Below are positions 1 to 14,900 of a stretch of DNA of 64,000 bases, in pieces. The position numbers were made by a program, and so were the translations under genes. Source of the stretch: Bugula neritina (lineage: Eukaryota; Animalia; Bryozoa); NCBI GenBank assembly GCA_964035545.1, contig OZ037766.1, positions 8,856,722 through 8,920,721 of the forward strand. Direction: 5' to 3'. The notes beneath the pieces were generated by a model. That model did no database searches. It saw nothing but the letters and a program-made list of their open reading frames with translations, and was not told where the DNA came from. Each line of letters begins with the position of its first letter. Positions within the stretch are counted from its first letter, which is position 1.

Positions 1-719
1 GTATACTGGTGGTAGTATAGTTTATGTTATTTTGGTGATTCTCATAGAAGGCAAGTAGTAAGATCTCAAACAGTGCTTTACTGCTGCACTAAACACTTAT
101 CCAGTGCTAATAGAACTTTCATAGTATCCTATTGTGCATTGCTGATATGCAGGGGGTGTTGAGCTTTACTTACGATGGTCAGCTAGGTAACTGCAAAATC
201 ACGCAATATTTGTTGGACCAGCGACTGTATTGACCAATTAGTAGTTCTAAAGCGATGGTGTTAGCTAATATGACTAGTATGTATATCTGTTGATTATAAT
301 TTTCTCATTTTTCATCCGTGACGTTTTATTTTTAGTCTTTTGGTTGTTCAACACTCGTTGTGGGTTTGTTTTAGAGTGGTTTTCATCTAATAGCTATATA
401 TCATATACGCAGCCATTTTGAATATAGTCTCTATTATCCATAGGACAGTTGAATCTAGGCTCACCACCCTGGAAATCTTGTTTAACAAATAAGTATAATA
501 TTATCAGCCAGGCTTGCAAATTTAGTAATAATTATTAACAGAGAATGACATATTAATCAAAGAACGGCTGTTTTGTAAATTGTTACTATCCGCAATACAC
601 AAACGATCATAATAGTATTATATGATTGACAATCATCATGCCGTCCTCCAACGTGGAACTGAATAACCATGACGCATTGTGTTCATAGTTCATTGTGCAT
701 CAGCGCAAGAGCCTTCGCT

Positions 720-1069
720 TCTTATTGGCTGATGGCTCTATGACCTACAATGGACAACAAAAGCCGACTCACTACTATATAATACTAGGCTCCACGTGAG
801 AGTTGTTAGAAACCTGCAGCCGAAGTCCATGCCGTAGCATCCATTGCGATATACAAGTTAATCAATAATTAGGAAGATATATTTAGAACTGAGTACTCGT
901 TTCAACTTGACTATTCAGGAATACGCTGAAACATAACCTCAAGCAGCTGAAATAGATGTAAGTATTTTTGTAAAAGGTTGTAAGCTAAATATATTCAAAT
1001 GGAATGTTTTCAGTTTTGTAGTTATAGTTTTTTAAGACTATCATTATCATAAGTCAAACTTGCTTTTAG
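720..1069 (+). promoter_or_regulatory. Putative promoter and non-coding first exon for the CCR4 locus (CCAAT-like box, TATA box, leader exon ending at 957, short intron to 1069)
   Basis: ATTGG at ~724, TATATAAT at ~776, strong donor GTAAGT at 958, pyrimidine-rich acceptor TTGCTTTTAG ending at 1069 directly before the ATG at 1070. Confidence 0.5.
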
Positions 1070-4000
1070 ATGGGAAGAGCACGCAGACGTGCAAAGTCGG
1101 ATATACTGACTACCAACTCTTGTGAGGGCTGCCGTAAGGTTCAAAAAGAGACATGTCTGCCACCATCACAGAAATGCCATAGGAATTCATCAAGTGAAAT
1201 ATATCAAAAATCCCTCATAGACTATGAAAGTGAGACTGACAGTGCTATTGACACAGCTAGTATTATTAGTTCTTCGGACAGTAGAAGTATAACCTCATCA
1301 TCCGAGTCCACCAGTTCCTTAGAGCTCAGTCTATTAGATGACGGCTCTATTTATTCCTCTCAGTCTCATTCCAAAAGATCTGCCAAGAAATCTAAAACTG
1401 CTGTTGTTTCAATTGCGAAACTGGAAAAAGAAGAAGCCGAGCTGGACTTACAGGCTCTTGCCTTGTATGTAACAGGGGTTCCATTTCAAAAGTTCACCAG
1501 CAAAGACTCCTGCAGGCAGTGCATTGAGTCGTACACACATGCCTTGCATCAGCACCAACATAATCAGATGAGGGCTTTCGGTATAGAAGATTCCTTTTCC
1601 GTTGATCTTCGAAATTTAGCCATAGATATTCACGTTGAAGAGTTTGTAAACTGGTCGATTGGAGATGCTACCTTTCAAATGAAGGAACACGGTTATTATG
1701 TAACTCCAAACGGTGCAACTTACTACACAGATCTGCCTATGGAACCATCCTCTTTAACCAGACATTTAATGATTCCCCCTAGTGAAAGAGCTTTGTGTAA
1801 GACAGCTATATACACTTACTCTCAATCTACTAAACCGCCATCTCCTTGGTTTTTGTCTTCTTGTGGTTTCAAGTGGTTCTTTGTCTTTTACAGTTGTTTA
1901 AGTTGCTCTTTTGAACAAAAGGCTTGAATAGCCTCAAATCTAATTGTTGAAATATCTTTGGGTAATGAAGTGGTATTTGATTGAGTTGATAGAACACAAT
2001 AGACTGAATTAATTTGGTATAGTTGGTGAACCAGCTGTGTTTTGCACTGTTTACCTGGTTTTAGGTGAATTGCCTGTAATTATAGCAGCTTATATTAAAA
2101 TCTTATTGATTGCTTGTTGTTTGATGTAATTAACCATGGGATTATCTAGACACCTATGTAACTGTCAACCATCTAACAGTATGCCTCAGTGGCTCCATCT
2201 TCAGCTCTGCTCCTCTGCTCCTAGTACACCTGCAGTATTTCAGTTTTGGTCTCTCCTTCACAACACTAACCACGACATGATATTATCTTGATTGAGATTT
2301 TACCTGCTAACTGCAGTAATCATTTGCCAATTTGGGTTAATTGCTTTCCTCACTGTTGCATTTTGGACAAAGTGGCATAATGATGGTGTTCAGATTTGCT
2401 TTAGGGACTTCTAATAGTGTGCTTCGAGCATGACTACACGAGATTAACCTTGATGTATATCTGAGTTAGTAGTCTTCCAGGCTGTTGGCTTCAAATGTAT
2501 GGTTTTATTAATAAATACAGGGTTAATTACACTTGTATCCACCACTTTCCATGACTACTACTCATTCAACAAGTTGTACTATAGAAAAGAATACAATATT
2601 TTATATAAGCTGTTGTCGTCACTTACTTCCCTTTCCCCAAAACATTTATCATATTGACTCATAGACAGCTACCATTACAGCAACTATAAATACACAAAAC
2701 AGATATACTGTCATCATGACTGACAATTGCATTGCATTATTATTTCATGTTTCAGTTACTGCCACGCATCCACCTCAACGGCCCTGGGTTACACTCCACA
2801 GCCCCCAGAGGAATGTGCCAACAGGTAAGCAAATCCTCTCACTTCTATTGCGAATGCTACTGTCTCGCTAAGCTTCACGTTCCTTCATAGTTTCTTAACT
2901 TCAGCATTGGATTATAGCTCACTTCCTTATTAGTGTGAATCAACTACAATATAAATTATCTCAGCTGATCAATAAACAATAATCTTGGTAAATCGTGTCA
3001 AAGATGTCTACTGAAATTAGCTTTAATCCAAATAACAACTGTTTGCTCTGATTCTGGACCGGTGCCAGAACTTAAAGGGTCGTTTTGTAACATTCTCCTT
3101 AAAAATGCAGTAAGCCAGCCAGAATCTTCAAGCTTTGTGGTTTGGCAATGGCTTAGTGTGGGCTCTAAGCCATTAGCTTTCTACTGCTGTGTAAACATCA
3201 CTAAATATTTTTCAGCTAGATAAAATTATGGAGATGATGCAATACTTTCCAACAAGGATGTGAGCACTTGCTATATATTACAATAATTATAATAGAGTTG
3301 TAGCCAACTAATCTCTCTGTCCATTTCAACATTGTTCTTGACTGAATCTAACAAATGGCATCTACCCTTGCTGGGTCTATGTAATAACACAACATGCATT
3401 CTCTTTACCGGTGTAGTCTGTTATCCTATTATATACCATAATGTTGAGTTGGCCGGCTTTTCACCACAATTGTTGATATTGTTTACATTATTATATCTTT
3501 GCACACCATAGTGTGTAAAGGAGTGATTAAGAAAGTTGCTTTATGCCCCTGTTGTAATATTACGGTAACAGAGCAAACAATGGGGTTCACTCAGAGATTC
3601 AGTGATTCAACTTCCTGTTGGAACACTCCTCACTGTCGGCTAGCCTGTGATTCTATGTTCATTGATAGCTGTGCGATTGCAGCTGTAAACAAAGTCAGTT
3701 GGGTAACCTAGCCAACTAGAAGTGAATCATAACATTCCATGAATTACAATATATGCCAAGTTTAAATCTAAGGTCAATCAACATGCTAAGTCAATATACA
3801 CATGTTAGATTATTATCTAGTAAATAAATTATAGAACCTTTCATGGTGCTACTCCCACAGCTAATGGGACGTATCAGTTCATGTAAATACCATACAGCTT
3901 GTGATATAAAAGTGTGCAATAAACACCTTTAAATCTCTAATGGCGTTTGTTTACTTCTGGAAAGAGAATGTAGATATTTGCTGCTTACCTATGTGAGTTT

Positions 4001-7000
4001 ATGTGTGTCAGCCAAACCTTTTAGCCATAACAATAATATATATTAGAAAACAATGGCCTACTTTGCTACAGATTACTAGATACTGGATTAAGTGTGTTTT
4101 GATTATCAAAGAAGAATTACTGGGAATTTGCTTGGTCATTGTTAAACCTTGGCTTAAACTGGCTTCCACAATATCGTATCTTATTAAGTAGAAGACATTT
4201 CCACAATATTTGTCATTTCAATTGTTTAGTTGTTTCAGTTGTTTAGTGTCTATTAATCTGTATATAATAATTCATGGTGATGATATTTTTATAAATGATA
4301 TTCATTTATCTTCTACATCCACCCTATCATATAGGCTAGTTTACTTTTGAGTTATTGATAATATGTAGTAAGCTGTGATATTGTTGTGTTTTGTTGTCTT
4401 TCCCTTTAAGGATGTATGTTTACCTTTATTTAACCTTGAGCTGCCCTCTTTAACCTAAAAGTTTTGTTTTTGTTTTGTTTCAGCCTTATTTACTGTGATG
4501 AACTACAATGTGTTGAGTGATTCCTATTGCAACAGACAAGTATATGGATACTGCCCTTCCTGGGCCTTACACTGGGACTACAGGAAGAAAGGTGCGTTTA
4601 TGTATATTACAGGCTATCGGCTATTTTTAGATGTCTAACACTTAAGCTGGGATGTAGAGGCATTTAATATGTGAGCATGCAATTGTAAACTGATAAATTA
4701 CTGCCCCCTGTACATTAAATCCTAATTAATATTGTTATTAGCATTTTATATATACCTGCCTGTTTTATTTGCTAATTTCCAACTAATGTTTACCACCAAT
4801 TCCTAGGAGCTATTAATAAAAATTAGGAAATCTTAGATTTGGTTTTATTGCAATGAGATTGTCTAGTGAGAGGATATGCTAATATTGCCACATCCCTATC
4901 TGCCACCTTCTCAATTATTAAGCCAACTTTTGAATAATTAATAATGCTAATCAGGCTATCTTCAATTACTGCTTGCATCTCTGACTCATTTTCACACTCC
5001 ATCTTCTCCGGCGACACAGTGGTAAACAAACCTTCCAGATTGACAGTACCTTTTCATGTTGTGTAATGTTTTAATATTTACACCTGTGTGTTCTCCAACT
5101 GCAACTTTTGCCAAGACTTTGGAAGTTTGTTTGGTGTTTGAAGGCATCCTGGAGGAGATACGCCATTACAGCGCCGATATTATTTGTCTGCAAGAAGTGG
5201 AATTCAAACAGTACGCAGACTTCTTCAGCGCAGAACTGCAGAAGGATGGCTACAACGGCATGCATTTCAGCAAGAGCAGAGCTCAGATTGCAGCTACCAA
5301 CATGGAGGCTGAGAAAGTTGATGGCTGCGCTATTTTCTGGAGGGACAATAAGTAAGTCATTTGCATATATTTTGAGTTGACATTACAGTGCAATTTCGTT
5401 TTCCTAAAGTGCCTTCATAGAATGTCTTTGTGTCGTAACATCATTATCTCATCAAGACAAAGGGTTAGATGATCATCATATCATTGCCTACCTTGTATCA
5501 TTACACAAAGACATTGAACTATTCAATGCAGGATGTAGCTTAAACATCATTGCTTTTGAAGAGCAATTATTTTAGTTTTCAGCAGTCTGAGAGTTTCGAA
5601 GTTATATAAGCTTTGTAATAACAAATTAATGGTTCACCTATTGCTATGTGAAGTGTAACGTGTAATGTTGCATGTGATAAATTACTGTTATTTCTGATTG
5701 TTAGGTTCTCTCTAGTGGAACAGACTAACATAGACTTCAGGAAGATAGCTGTGGGGTCCTCCAAGCTTGGTGTAGACAACATGATTAACAGAGTGCAGAC
5801 AAAAGACAACATCGGTGTGTGTTTGTTGCTTGAGACCAAAGAGGCTGTTTGGGACGTCAATAGTGAGTTTATCATCAACTTGCATTACTTATACACACAT
5901 TCAAGTAGATGGTTGTTTCTCACACATAAATTTCAAGAGTTAAGTTTTTCAAGTCTTTCATGAATTAATCAGAAAGCTCAAAATTGCAGACACAGCAACT
6001 ATTTCCAAGAATTAGGTTTTCGTTCTTCAAAAGGAATTGTGTCCCCTCACCTGTGTGCTGCAGCTGCTTTGTATAGTACTACTATCATATAATGTAGATT
6101 TACCAAAAGGGGAGTCTGTCAAGAAACACGTGGTGGTCACAAACACACACATCACGTGGGACCCTGAGTATTCTGACGTCAAACTTATCCAGACCATCAT
6201 GTTGATGAATGAGATAGACTCGTTTGTGGAGCAGCGTCTGGGGCCCGGCAGCAAGCCACCATTGATTATATGCGGTGACTTCAACTCCCTGCCTGAGTCA
6301 GGTAAGGCTTCGTAAGATGTCCACTCTGAGATTAATAACATTGAGTGTAATAAACTTATATTGCATTATAATACAAATTACAGTGTTCAACCTTTTAGCA
6401 CTATTAGAATCATAGGTAAATAAAATACTTAATTTTCTGTTTCAGGTGTTTGTGAGTTTCTCACCAAAGGAAGAATTGCAGCCAATCACAAGGAGTTTAA
6501 AGAATGCGACTATAGCAAAGTTCTGGAGTATTTCAGCAGTGGATCAAAACTGGACAAGCAGGCCACCCACCCTTACCAGCTTCGAAGTGCTTATAGCATG
6601 GATCACATGCCTTTCACCAACTACACGTAAGCAACTTTTAAAATATTTCACTGTAGACATTGTTTTTGTGTTTTCATTATAAAGGCTAAAAAAAACAAAG
6701 CGTATTTTGTAATAGTTTGATTTGCTTATAAAAACATCAACTCTCATAGGCTTGGCTTAACTGAACTCTATTTATCACGTAGTTTATGAAAGAAAGAAAA
6801 GATTTGACCGCACATTGCACATTTTGTAGAAACTAAGTAATTGTTATTATACTGTTTCATAGGATTAACCTTCAAGTATATCAACCTTAGTAGTAATTTG
6901 TTAATTTAAATATTTTAGATACGACTTCAAAGGAGTCATTGATTATATTTTTCACAATCGGCAACTGAAGGCTTTAGGATTACTTGGACAGCTGGACCCC

Positions 7001-7105
7001 AATTGGTTCGCTGATAACAAAGTAATTGGCTGCCCTCACCCTCATGTGCATTCGGACCATCTGTCGTTGCTGGTAGAGTTTGAAATCTCCGCTGGAGACT
7101 ACTAA
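1070..7105 (+). CDS. CNOT6: CCR4-NOT subunit 6 (CCR4/CNOT6-like) EEP-family deadenylase. Exons 2756-2824, 4484-4591, 5144-5351, 5705-5862, 6098-6301, 6446-6626, 6919-7105, plus a probable first coding exon 1070-1796
   Basis: The spliced translation gives PPQRPWVTL...FTVMNYNVLSDSYCNRQVYGYCPSWALHWDYRKK...ADIICLQEVE...VDGCAIFW...KDNIG...NTHITWDPEYSDVKLIQT...ICGDFNSLPESG...FTNYTYDFKGVIDYIF...GCPHPHVHSDH, matching CCR4 nuclease motifs. All introns are GT-AG with consistent phases. The link to exon 1070-1796 is less certain (phase-1 donor GTAAGA at 1797). No LRR exons are present in the window. Confidence 0.92.
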
Positions 7106-10100
7106 AAAAGATTTCGGAATATTGACAATGTTCACTGATCTACTACAGCTTTACCTGCATGGCTCATGGCATGAGAGTACACGCAATGCCTTCAGAATTA
7201 TCCTATAACATTTTTTTTAATTTAAATTGACCTAGATAAGATTTTGCACACATTTGTCTATTATAGATTGCTTTTCATTGCCACCCACAGGCTCCTTGTT
7301 TTTTTTATAATCAAAGCTTTCATTTTTCTTTGTACATGCATACATTAATTGTAAAAATTGTATATTTGATTTATAATAACTTGAAATAACTCTTTTTTCG
7401 CTAAAAAGCTTTTTTTCTATTACAAGTTTTTTTATGACTGTAAGCATATCTAGTATCTTAGAGCAACTTTATCAGCCATGTATCATTTTAATGGGAATTA
7501 GTGTCTAAACTTTGGAATAGCTGTATCGCTAATATATACATTTTGTCATGTGATCTGGTTTCCTTTTAAAATGCTGAGTGAGGTATTGCGAAATCGTAGG
7601 CTGGAACATTCAATTATTTTGAGTAATGCTCTTTTTGATCTGTCTGTAGATATTGCTAACTTGTAAATAATAAAAATTACCCTTGACAATATAATTACTT
7701 CAAAACTAACTTCAATCAGTACTGGTTCATCTTACAATGAGGTATGATTAATTATTCCACTCCAAAATAAAGTTGTCAAACATTGTAAATTTTTAGCAGT
7801 TCAAATTATCAAATAAATATGCAAATCAGACCAAAAATTGACATTAAATAACAAAACTAATATTGTTTTTGACAGCTATAAATCTATAAATTGTAATACA
7901 ATGTGCACCTAGCTCACAGTAAATACAATCTACTTCCCTTGTTCTATGTTATACAAGCCATATTAGTAAATTCTGGCGCTCTTGCATTCCTTGCTGGCTT
8001 GTATAATTAATAGAATTTGGTAGGAGTATTTTGAATGGCGGCCTCAACTTTTCTCCATTTAAATTTCTATGGGACAATATCTTGATTCACGTCACTTTAA
8101 CTTGTATGTAAAATAAAATTTTAATTGTGAGAATGCATCCCGAGCTATAAATTGCTGCCAAGCAAAATGAAGTGATACAAGTTTCGCCCAGCTATCTATA
8201 TGTTGAAAGTGCATTTGCACTTTTAATGTTATAACTGGACTGGTTTCAAAACTGCATTATAGCCCTAACTGTAAGTCAGAGTTATTGGTGAACTGAGACT
8301 TAGCTGCTGGCATAAATATGACAAGATTGCTGTCTGCTGTCATTCACTGCCCAAGCCTTGAAGAAGTGTGTAGCTGTTTTCAGCCAAAATTTCTTTGTTA
8401 TATTGAATTAAAATCTAATACCATATTTTAAGACTGATAACACTATAAAGGTATATGTTTTTGCTGCAAAAGAAACTATCACTGCGATTTCTAAATATTT
8501 ATCAAGATGACTGGTAATTTTTAGTCTATTTTTGGGCATAAATTAAATCTTCTAAAATCTAAATAAACATGAAAATTGTAGCCTTAACGTTTATCATTAG
8601 CCTAGTTGCCCAGATAATTATAAAGCCATATGAAATTTTGCTTTAAACCAGTGAAGTAAATGCTAATTGCTGCTGAAAATAAAGGATAAGGCAAGAAATA
8701 AAGAAGTAAAAGCCATCAGTAGACAAAATACAATCAAAATGCTATTATTCTTATGGTAGCTTTTCATAGGGCGAAACTCAAACTAACTTTTTTATTGGTG
8801 CCAATAGCAACAAATAGAAGTTAGTATTTAAATACTGAAAAGACAGCTTGCTTACTGAAACATGATTCAAAGATATAAAAAAAGATTAAATGAGGCTTAA
8901 CACGTTAATCTCAATTATGAAAATAAAATTATAGTTGATGGATTATGCTTATATTTTAAGATTAGGGTTACTAACCTCTCAAATTAAGTACCTTTTAAAA
9001 GCTCACTGTAGCGATACGTTTCAATATTCCATAAAGTTGGATAAATTTTGACTTGATTCCCATAAAAGCTGTTTAAATCACCATTTCTTTCGTGAACAGA
9101 AAGACAGGCCTTTATAATGCCAGACATTTAGACAAGTTGAGGGTTTCAATATGCAAAGACAATGTTACCCGAACTAGACAGTCATGCAAGGCGTAATAGA
9201 AAGTCCAGTAAATTTGAGCTACTGAATTATGCAGGTTTTGTATAATTTTAGGTTAGGCTAGGCTATACTTCTATATAATCAATTTACATAACAAGCATAT
9301 TGTAAAATCTTATGATTGCAGAGGCCATATCAACTTTTAATGTTGTAGCTACCTAACTTTAGTAATTCAGTGATAGTGATTAGAATTATCAATACTCTGT
9401 CATTGGTATTGTTTATATATGTACATATGTATATATTCTTTTCATCCACACATGCAAGTAAAGAGAGTTCCTGTTTTTTCTACCTCCAGACTTTAAAGTA
9501 TTCAATTATGTATTGATTAGTTTATATTATTATTAGGTTGAGGTAAGATACTCATAATAGCTAACTTGCAGCTTAAACAATTATTAAACAAAGTTTAACC
9601 ATGCATGGCTATGCTTTTGCTAAAAAAATCAATGCTGCTTCAGTTATTTCAACTCTACCTGGAATTCTTTTATAGTTCCCATGGAACTTTAACAAATTGA
9701 GTTTTTCACTAAGAGAGGTGAATGTATTAAGGCACTTTTGAACTAAAATATGTTTATAATTTTTTGAAAATATTTTTCAAGGAATGATTTTCAGTTTAGC
9801 CAAACAAAATTGCCAAAGAAAGTTTTAAAAAAACTTTTTGCAATATATCACATACTTTTTCGCTAAAGTTCTAAAAAGAATTAAAACTGACGGGATATAC
9901 CTAACTGACGAACATGAAAAAAATTCACTACCTTACTTTATTTAAAATAATAAATCGCAGCATTTTTAGCCAGCCAAAACCAGTTTGCTAGGTTCATGGC
10001 TTAAAGACATGTTTTGAAAATAAAGTAAAGCTTTGATTAATTAATTAAAGTCCACCAACAGGTGTCAAAAGTGTTTATTACTTTTTATATAAAAAGCCTA

Positions 10101-10796
10101 TAATATGAGTGAGTTTCATGCGTTACTTTAGATTTGTTTAAGTAGGTCGAATGACAAAAATTATTGCAAGGTGTATTATGTACACCGGTAGTTGTATTTT
10201 AGCAGAAATGGTACTATAGAAATACTATTTTTCTACGTCATACACAATTTTAAGCTTTTAGTAAAACTTGATATATTGAAAACCACTGATTGAAGTATGA
10301 TAATTATTTTGGAAGTTTGCCAAGTATATATAGATAGAACTCTGTGAGTGCAAAGCATCATAAAACTTATTTTTGTAGTTTCAATTGACTTGCAAAACAA
10401 AATTGGAAGTCAAAAGAATTATGCAGGCTCATATTTCTCAGAGACCATTTACTGATGAACAGTTTAGTTGTGATAAAAAATCCATTTTAGTTACCTCAAA
10501 TTTTAATAAAACTTTTATGGTAATTCCATGCATCAACTAATCAACATAATATTATTGAGTTAATATTTCATTAGCAGATACATTGTTCTATCTTTACTGT
10601 ATGAAAATATAAAATAAAAACATGTTAAAATTGAAAAGCAGAATCACAAATCTTTAAAATACAAGGTAAACATATTTCACTAAAAATTACAAGAATATGA
10701 AGAGTATACAGGTTTTTATCTGATCTCTTTTAGTGCTCAAGTCTGTTAATCAAGTCTACATACTTTTTTTACGCAATCAGTTTGTCCACATTAGAG

Positions 10797-11170
10797 TTTG
10801 CTTCATAAAAAATTAATCATACAGCAAATATTATTTGTTTATGGTTTAATACCTTCAAAGTAACTGGTTGTGATCGGTTATGGTTGTTTACAAATGCAGC
10901 ATCCCATCTAATTCACCTTTCATGAAATTCAATATGTTATGTCAATCAGGCCAGTTACATATTTTTCTTTTATTGCAATGTTCAGTTTTTTCACAAGCAA
11001 GTTTGCTTCATAAAAAATTATCAACCTTACAGTCAATATTATTTGTTTATGGCTTACTACTTTCAAAGTAGTTATTTGTGCTGGGCTTTATTTACAATTT
11101 CAATATTTAATAATAGTGCGCTGTCTTGGAAGTTAAATAGTTATAGCTGCATCTAACACCCCTTGTAAAA
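10797..11170. repeat. Diverged direct duplication (two copies about 200 bp apart)
   Basis: AGTTTGCTTCATAAAAAATTA...ATATTATTTGTTTATGG...TTCAAAGTA occurs at ~10795 and ~11000. Confidence 0.6.
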
Positions 11171-11984
11171 TTCAGCAATGGCTAGTATGTTATGGTTTAA
11201 TTTAGTATACTTGCTCTAGTTTGTGAAGTATATTAGTATATAAATTCACAACTTAAATAATACAAAATTGAGCTCAGCAATAGAATCCTGGAGAATTATT
11301 CTGCCAACCCCAATACATAAGCAACAAACTTTGCGCATAGCATTGCAACACATAACTGCAGTAAGCATCACCCTGCAGTGTTGTGAAGTATACACATTTA
11401 CTGGAGTGCTAATAGCCTTATATCTGTGTATATCTGCATTCTCAAACTGTAGAATAATAAAAATCTTTGTATTGTCACCATGAAAAAATTGAAAAGAATG
11501 TATTTCTTTCAATATAAATACAAATGTGATTCAAATGTATCAACAGTTACATAAGAGAGATTTTAGTTTAAAGCCCAATGAGCAATTGCTTTTAAAAAGT
11601 AAAGTAATGCCAAGTTACTATAGAAACAGTACCAAGATAGAGAATTAAAGAAAATACAATGAACTGGTACTAAGTATAGAAATACAATATCAACTTTTGA
11701 CTGTAATTAAAGAATATCGTAAGGTTGACCACTTTTCTAAAAAAATGATTGACTGTCTAAATTTGTCACAATTACAACTGGCAGAATTATAATGTACCCT
11801 TAAAATACATGATACTGAAGAGATTACAAGAGACCATACCAGAAAACTACTGATATAAAACAGGATATTAATTTATGTATGCTTTGGTTTATGTAAACCT
11901 TCACACATTAGATACAGCTATATATAAATATTTGGCAAAGAAGAGTTACTGAGATTGTGATAAAGAGATTTCCAGCATGTTAGC

Positions 11985-14900
11985 TTAGGCTTCCATAATG
12001 CCATCTTGTTCAGCTAAAGATCTGTCTTGTGCGTTTGATATGAGAGCAGCACCACTCTGTATAGATATTGTGTCTCCGTATTGGTTTGGCATCTCGTTGG
12101 CAATAGATCCACCAGAACCCAGCTCTTCTGAGGTCCTATCAAGCCTGCCCAACGTATAGCATTACTATCATCACGTCATCAACATGGCATACTGAAGTGT
12201 GATTTGACATGATAACAAATTCCACAACATTTTGACTTTCAAGTATTCTATTCCAAAAGTTCACATGATTATATATTGCAAAACATGTGTACACTAATCT
12301 ATACTAAGATGCAATCAGCTTTAAGAGCTGTAATTTGATGATGAAATGTTTCTTAAGCATGGATAATATTATCAATTTGTAGAGACTTATTGATAAACAA
12401 TAAAAATGCACTTGGTATATTACTAGAATTGTGTTTTTTTTCATATAACATCATATTAATAGGCAATAAATGCAGACATTTTTAGGTTAAAAAACTCAAA
12501 TAAGCAGTGGTAGAAGGTAAAGTGTACCCCAACCCTACCATATACAGCTATTTAACAATAATATAGATGAAATTGATAATAAAAATTGTGTGTTCCCCCA
12601 TAGTTTGACATAGTATTTGTGATGCACTGCTCCATGAAAAATTAAAAGCCAAAACGAACACATCATTATAGCTATTGCCATAATATTTACTTAAATAGCT
12701 TCACTATTGAATAACTTGCATATAAGAAAAACAAAAAGTTGCCTAATTCACTATAAGTATGATAATGCAATGACACAAATTGTTTCCTCTATATTAGACA
12801 TGAGTTGGCAATAAATATGTGCTCTGGCAAGTGACAGCTGCATAGAAGTTATGCCCAATACATGCCAACAAGACAACTCTAGAATATAGCTGCTTAGAGT
12901 ACTAAATAATATTACTAGTTGCCAAGTGTAACAAACCTGTTATATGTATTGTTGCCGGAGCTCTGAGAAGATAACTCTGGTAAATGTAGCTGACTATTAG
13001 TAAGAGATTTGAGGAAGTAGAAGAGTGCTGACATCAATACCATTGTACCTGCGGAATATATTTCCTGTATAAAGCTTTCTTTAATAGTTCTTTTAATTTT
13101 ATAACCCTGTCATTAACTATAGAACAATGTTCTTGATTTTAGATGATGTAATGCGTAAGTCTTATTCATGCTTATAGCAGGACTAATCAAAAGTGTTGCT
13201 GCTGTACACGCTTATGGGAGTTTAATTAATGGTCATCATTGTTACTTACAATTCTATAGGCTATTTAAAAAAGGCTATAGCTTCAAGTTTACATGCAGCT
13301 ACTCAGTTTATTGCTCCTATTGCAAAGGAATGTAGGAACATAATTTAAATTGTTTGTGGAATTGTATAACTATCTGTAGTCTTCCATTTACAGACACACT
13401 TGGATAATCTAGAGATTATTAATAACCCTAATTTATTCACATTGAACAAAGTTTCCTGAAAATGCTATCAATAAAAGCATTCTTAGAGAGCAAAAGTAAT
13501 TTTTCGTGGAACATAATTTGAAATGCATAACTAAGGTCGCCATTTGAATTTTTTGTCAATAATAAAGTTCAGTAAAATGACATAATACATAATATAAAAG
13601 AACACCAAGCAAAGATAACAGCTTCCTTATAATATTATAGTGCCTAAATGACTTAATACATCCAAGCCTATCTGCCTGAAACTTGAAAACTCAATCGTAA
13701 ATAAAAACAAGAGACAAGTTTGTTAAATACCTGCAATCACAGAGAGCCACGCTTCTCCCTCCAATAAGAAATTATGTATTAGACAGAAGACAGACAGAAG
13801 TAAATATAGCAAAGCTTTACGCCAGTCATCTATGAGTAAGACAAAACTCCAACATCTCAGACACGATTGGCTTAAATCCCTGGGAAAAACATACGAAATG
13901 GACAGATAAGTGTAAACCAGATAATAAAGGCTGCTTGAAAACTAGCCAACAAATAGAGAGTTGGATAGTAACATTCATGCTTTGCCTTATTGATTAGAGT
14001 GAAGAAACTACCAATATATGATTGAATCATCATGAAAGCAGCATGTTGTAGGATTTAGATAAAATAATCAAATTATTTGTAGTAAAACTAAATTCTAGAA
14101 ATGTAAAAATTATGGAGCCTGACATGTCTCTTGTAAAATTCTCGGAAACATAAAAAGACTGATTTTTACAATTTCACAAGCGAATTAAAAATTAATCTAA
14201 GTTGAATGAGTTTCAGTTTTTTGAAAACAACTGTTCCTTGATCAATTTAAAACTTAGAAATTGTTTAAGAAAAATCTTCAAATATAGTTCTTGTACTTCA
14301 CAATTTATGCTAGAATTTTCAAAATTGCTGATATTCATTTTTAAAATAATTACAACTGTACACCATCTTAGGGAAAATAGGAACAAGATGGATTAACTAG
14401 AAATCAATAAATCTGGACTCTAGAGGTACTAAACATGTATAGATATTCCAAGTTTTATATACAGGACATCTGGTACTAAAGGGACAATATTGTAAACAAA
14501 AAACTCTACAGAGTCAAATTAGAAAAAAAATTTTGAAATTGAAAATTTAGATTTCTGAAGATGCTATAACATTTCTAATGACCCATTCAAAGGGAGTGAA
14601 GTGAGCTTGCTACAGCTAGTATAGCAATGCAGCATATAAAGGTTAACTACACACAGCTACTAAAGCAGGACTCAGCAGCTAGCAACATTACATTTCCTAT
14701 ACTGAGTTACGTATAGGTAAATCACATGTTTTCACTAAAAATCATGGTAGAGATTAACTGAGTTAATAATAGGCAAATAATAATAAAAAGGTAAGCAAGA
14801 TGTTAACATGACCTATAAGAATGTTAGCAAACATACCCTTGACATTCACTTATGAGATAGTGCACCAGAAAGACCGTTTCAAAAACAGACATGACGATAG

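Noticed and set aside
2180-2280. Short open, C/T-rich segment in the CCR4 intron
   Set aside because: No frame-compatible donor/acceptor pair linking it to the CCR4 exons.
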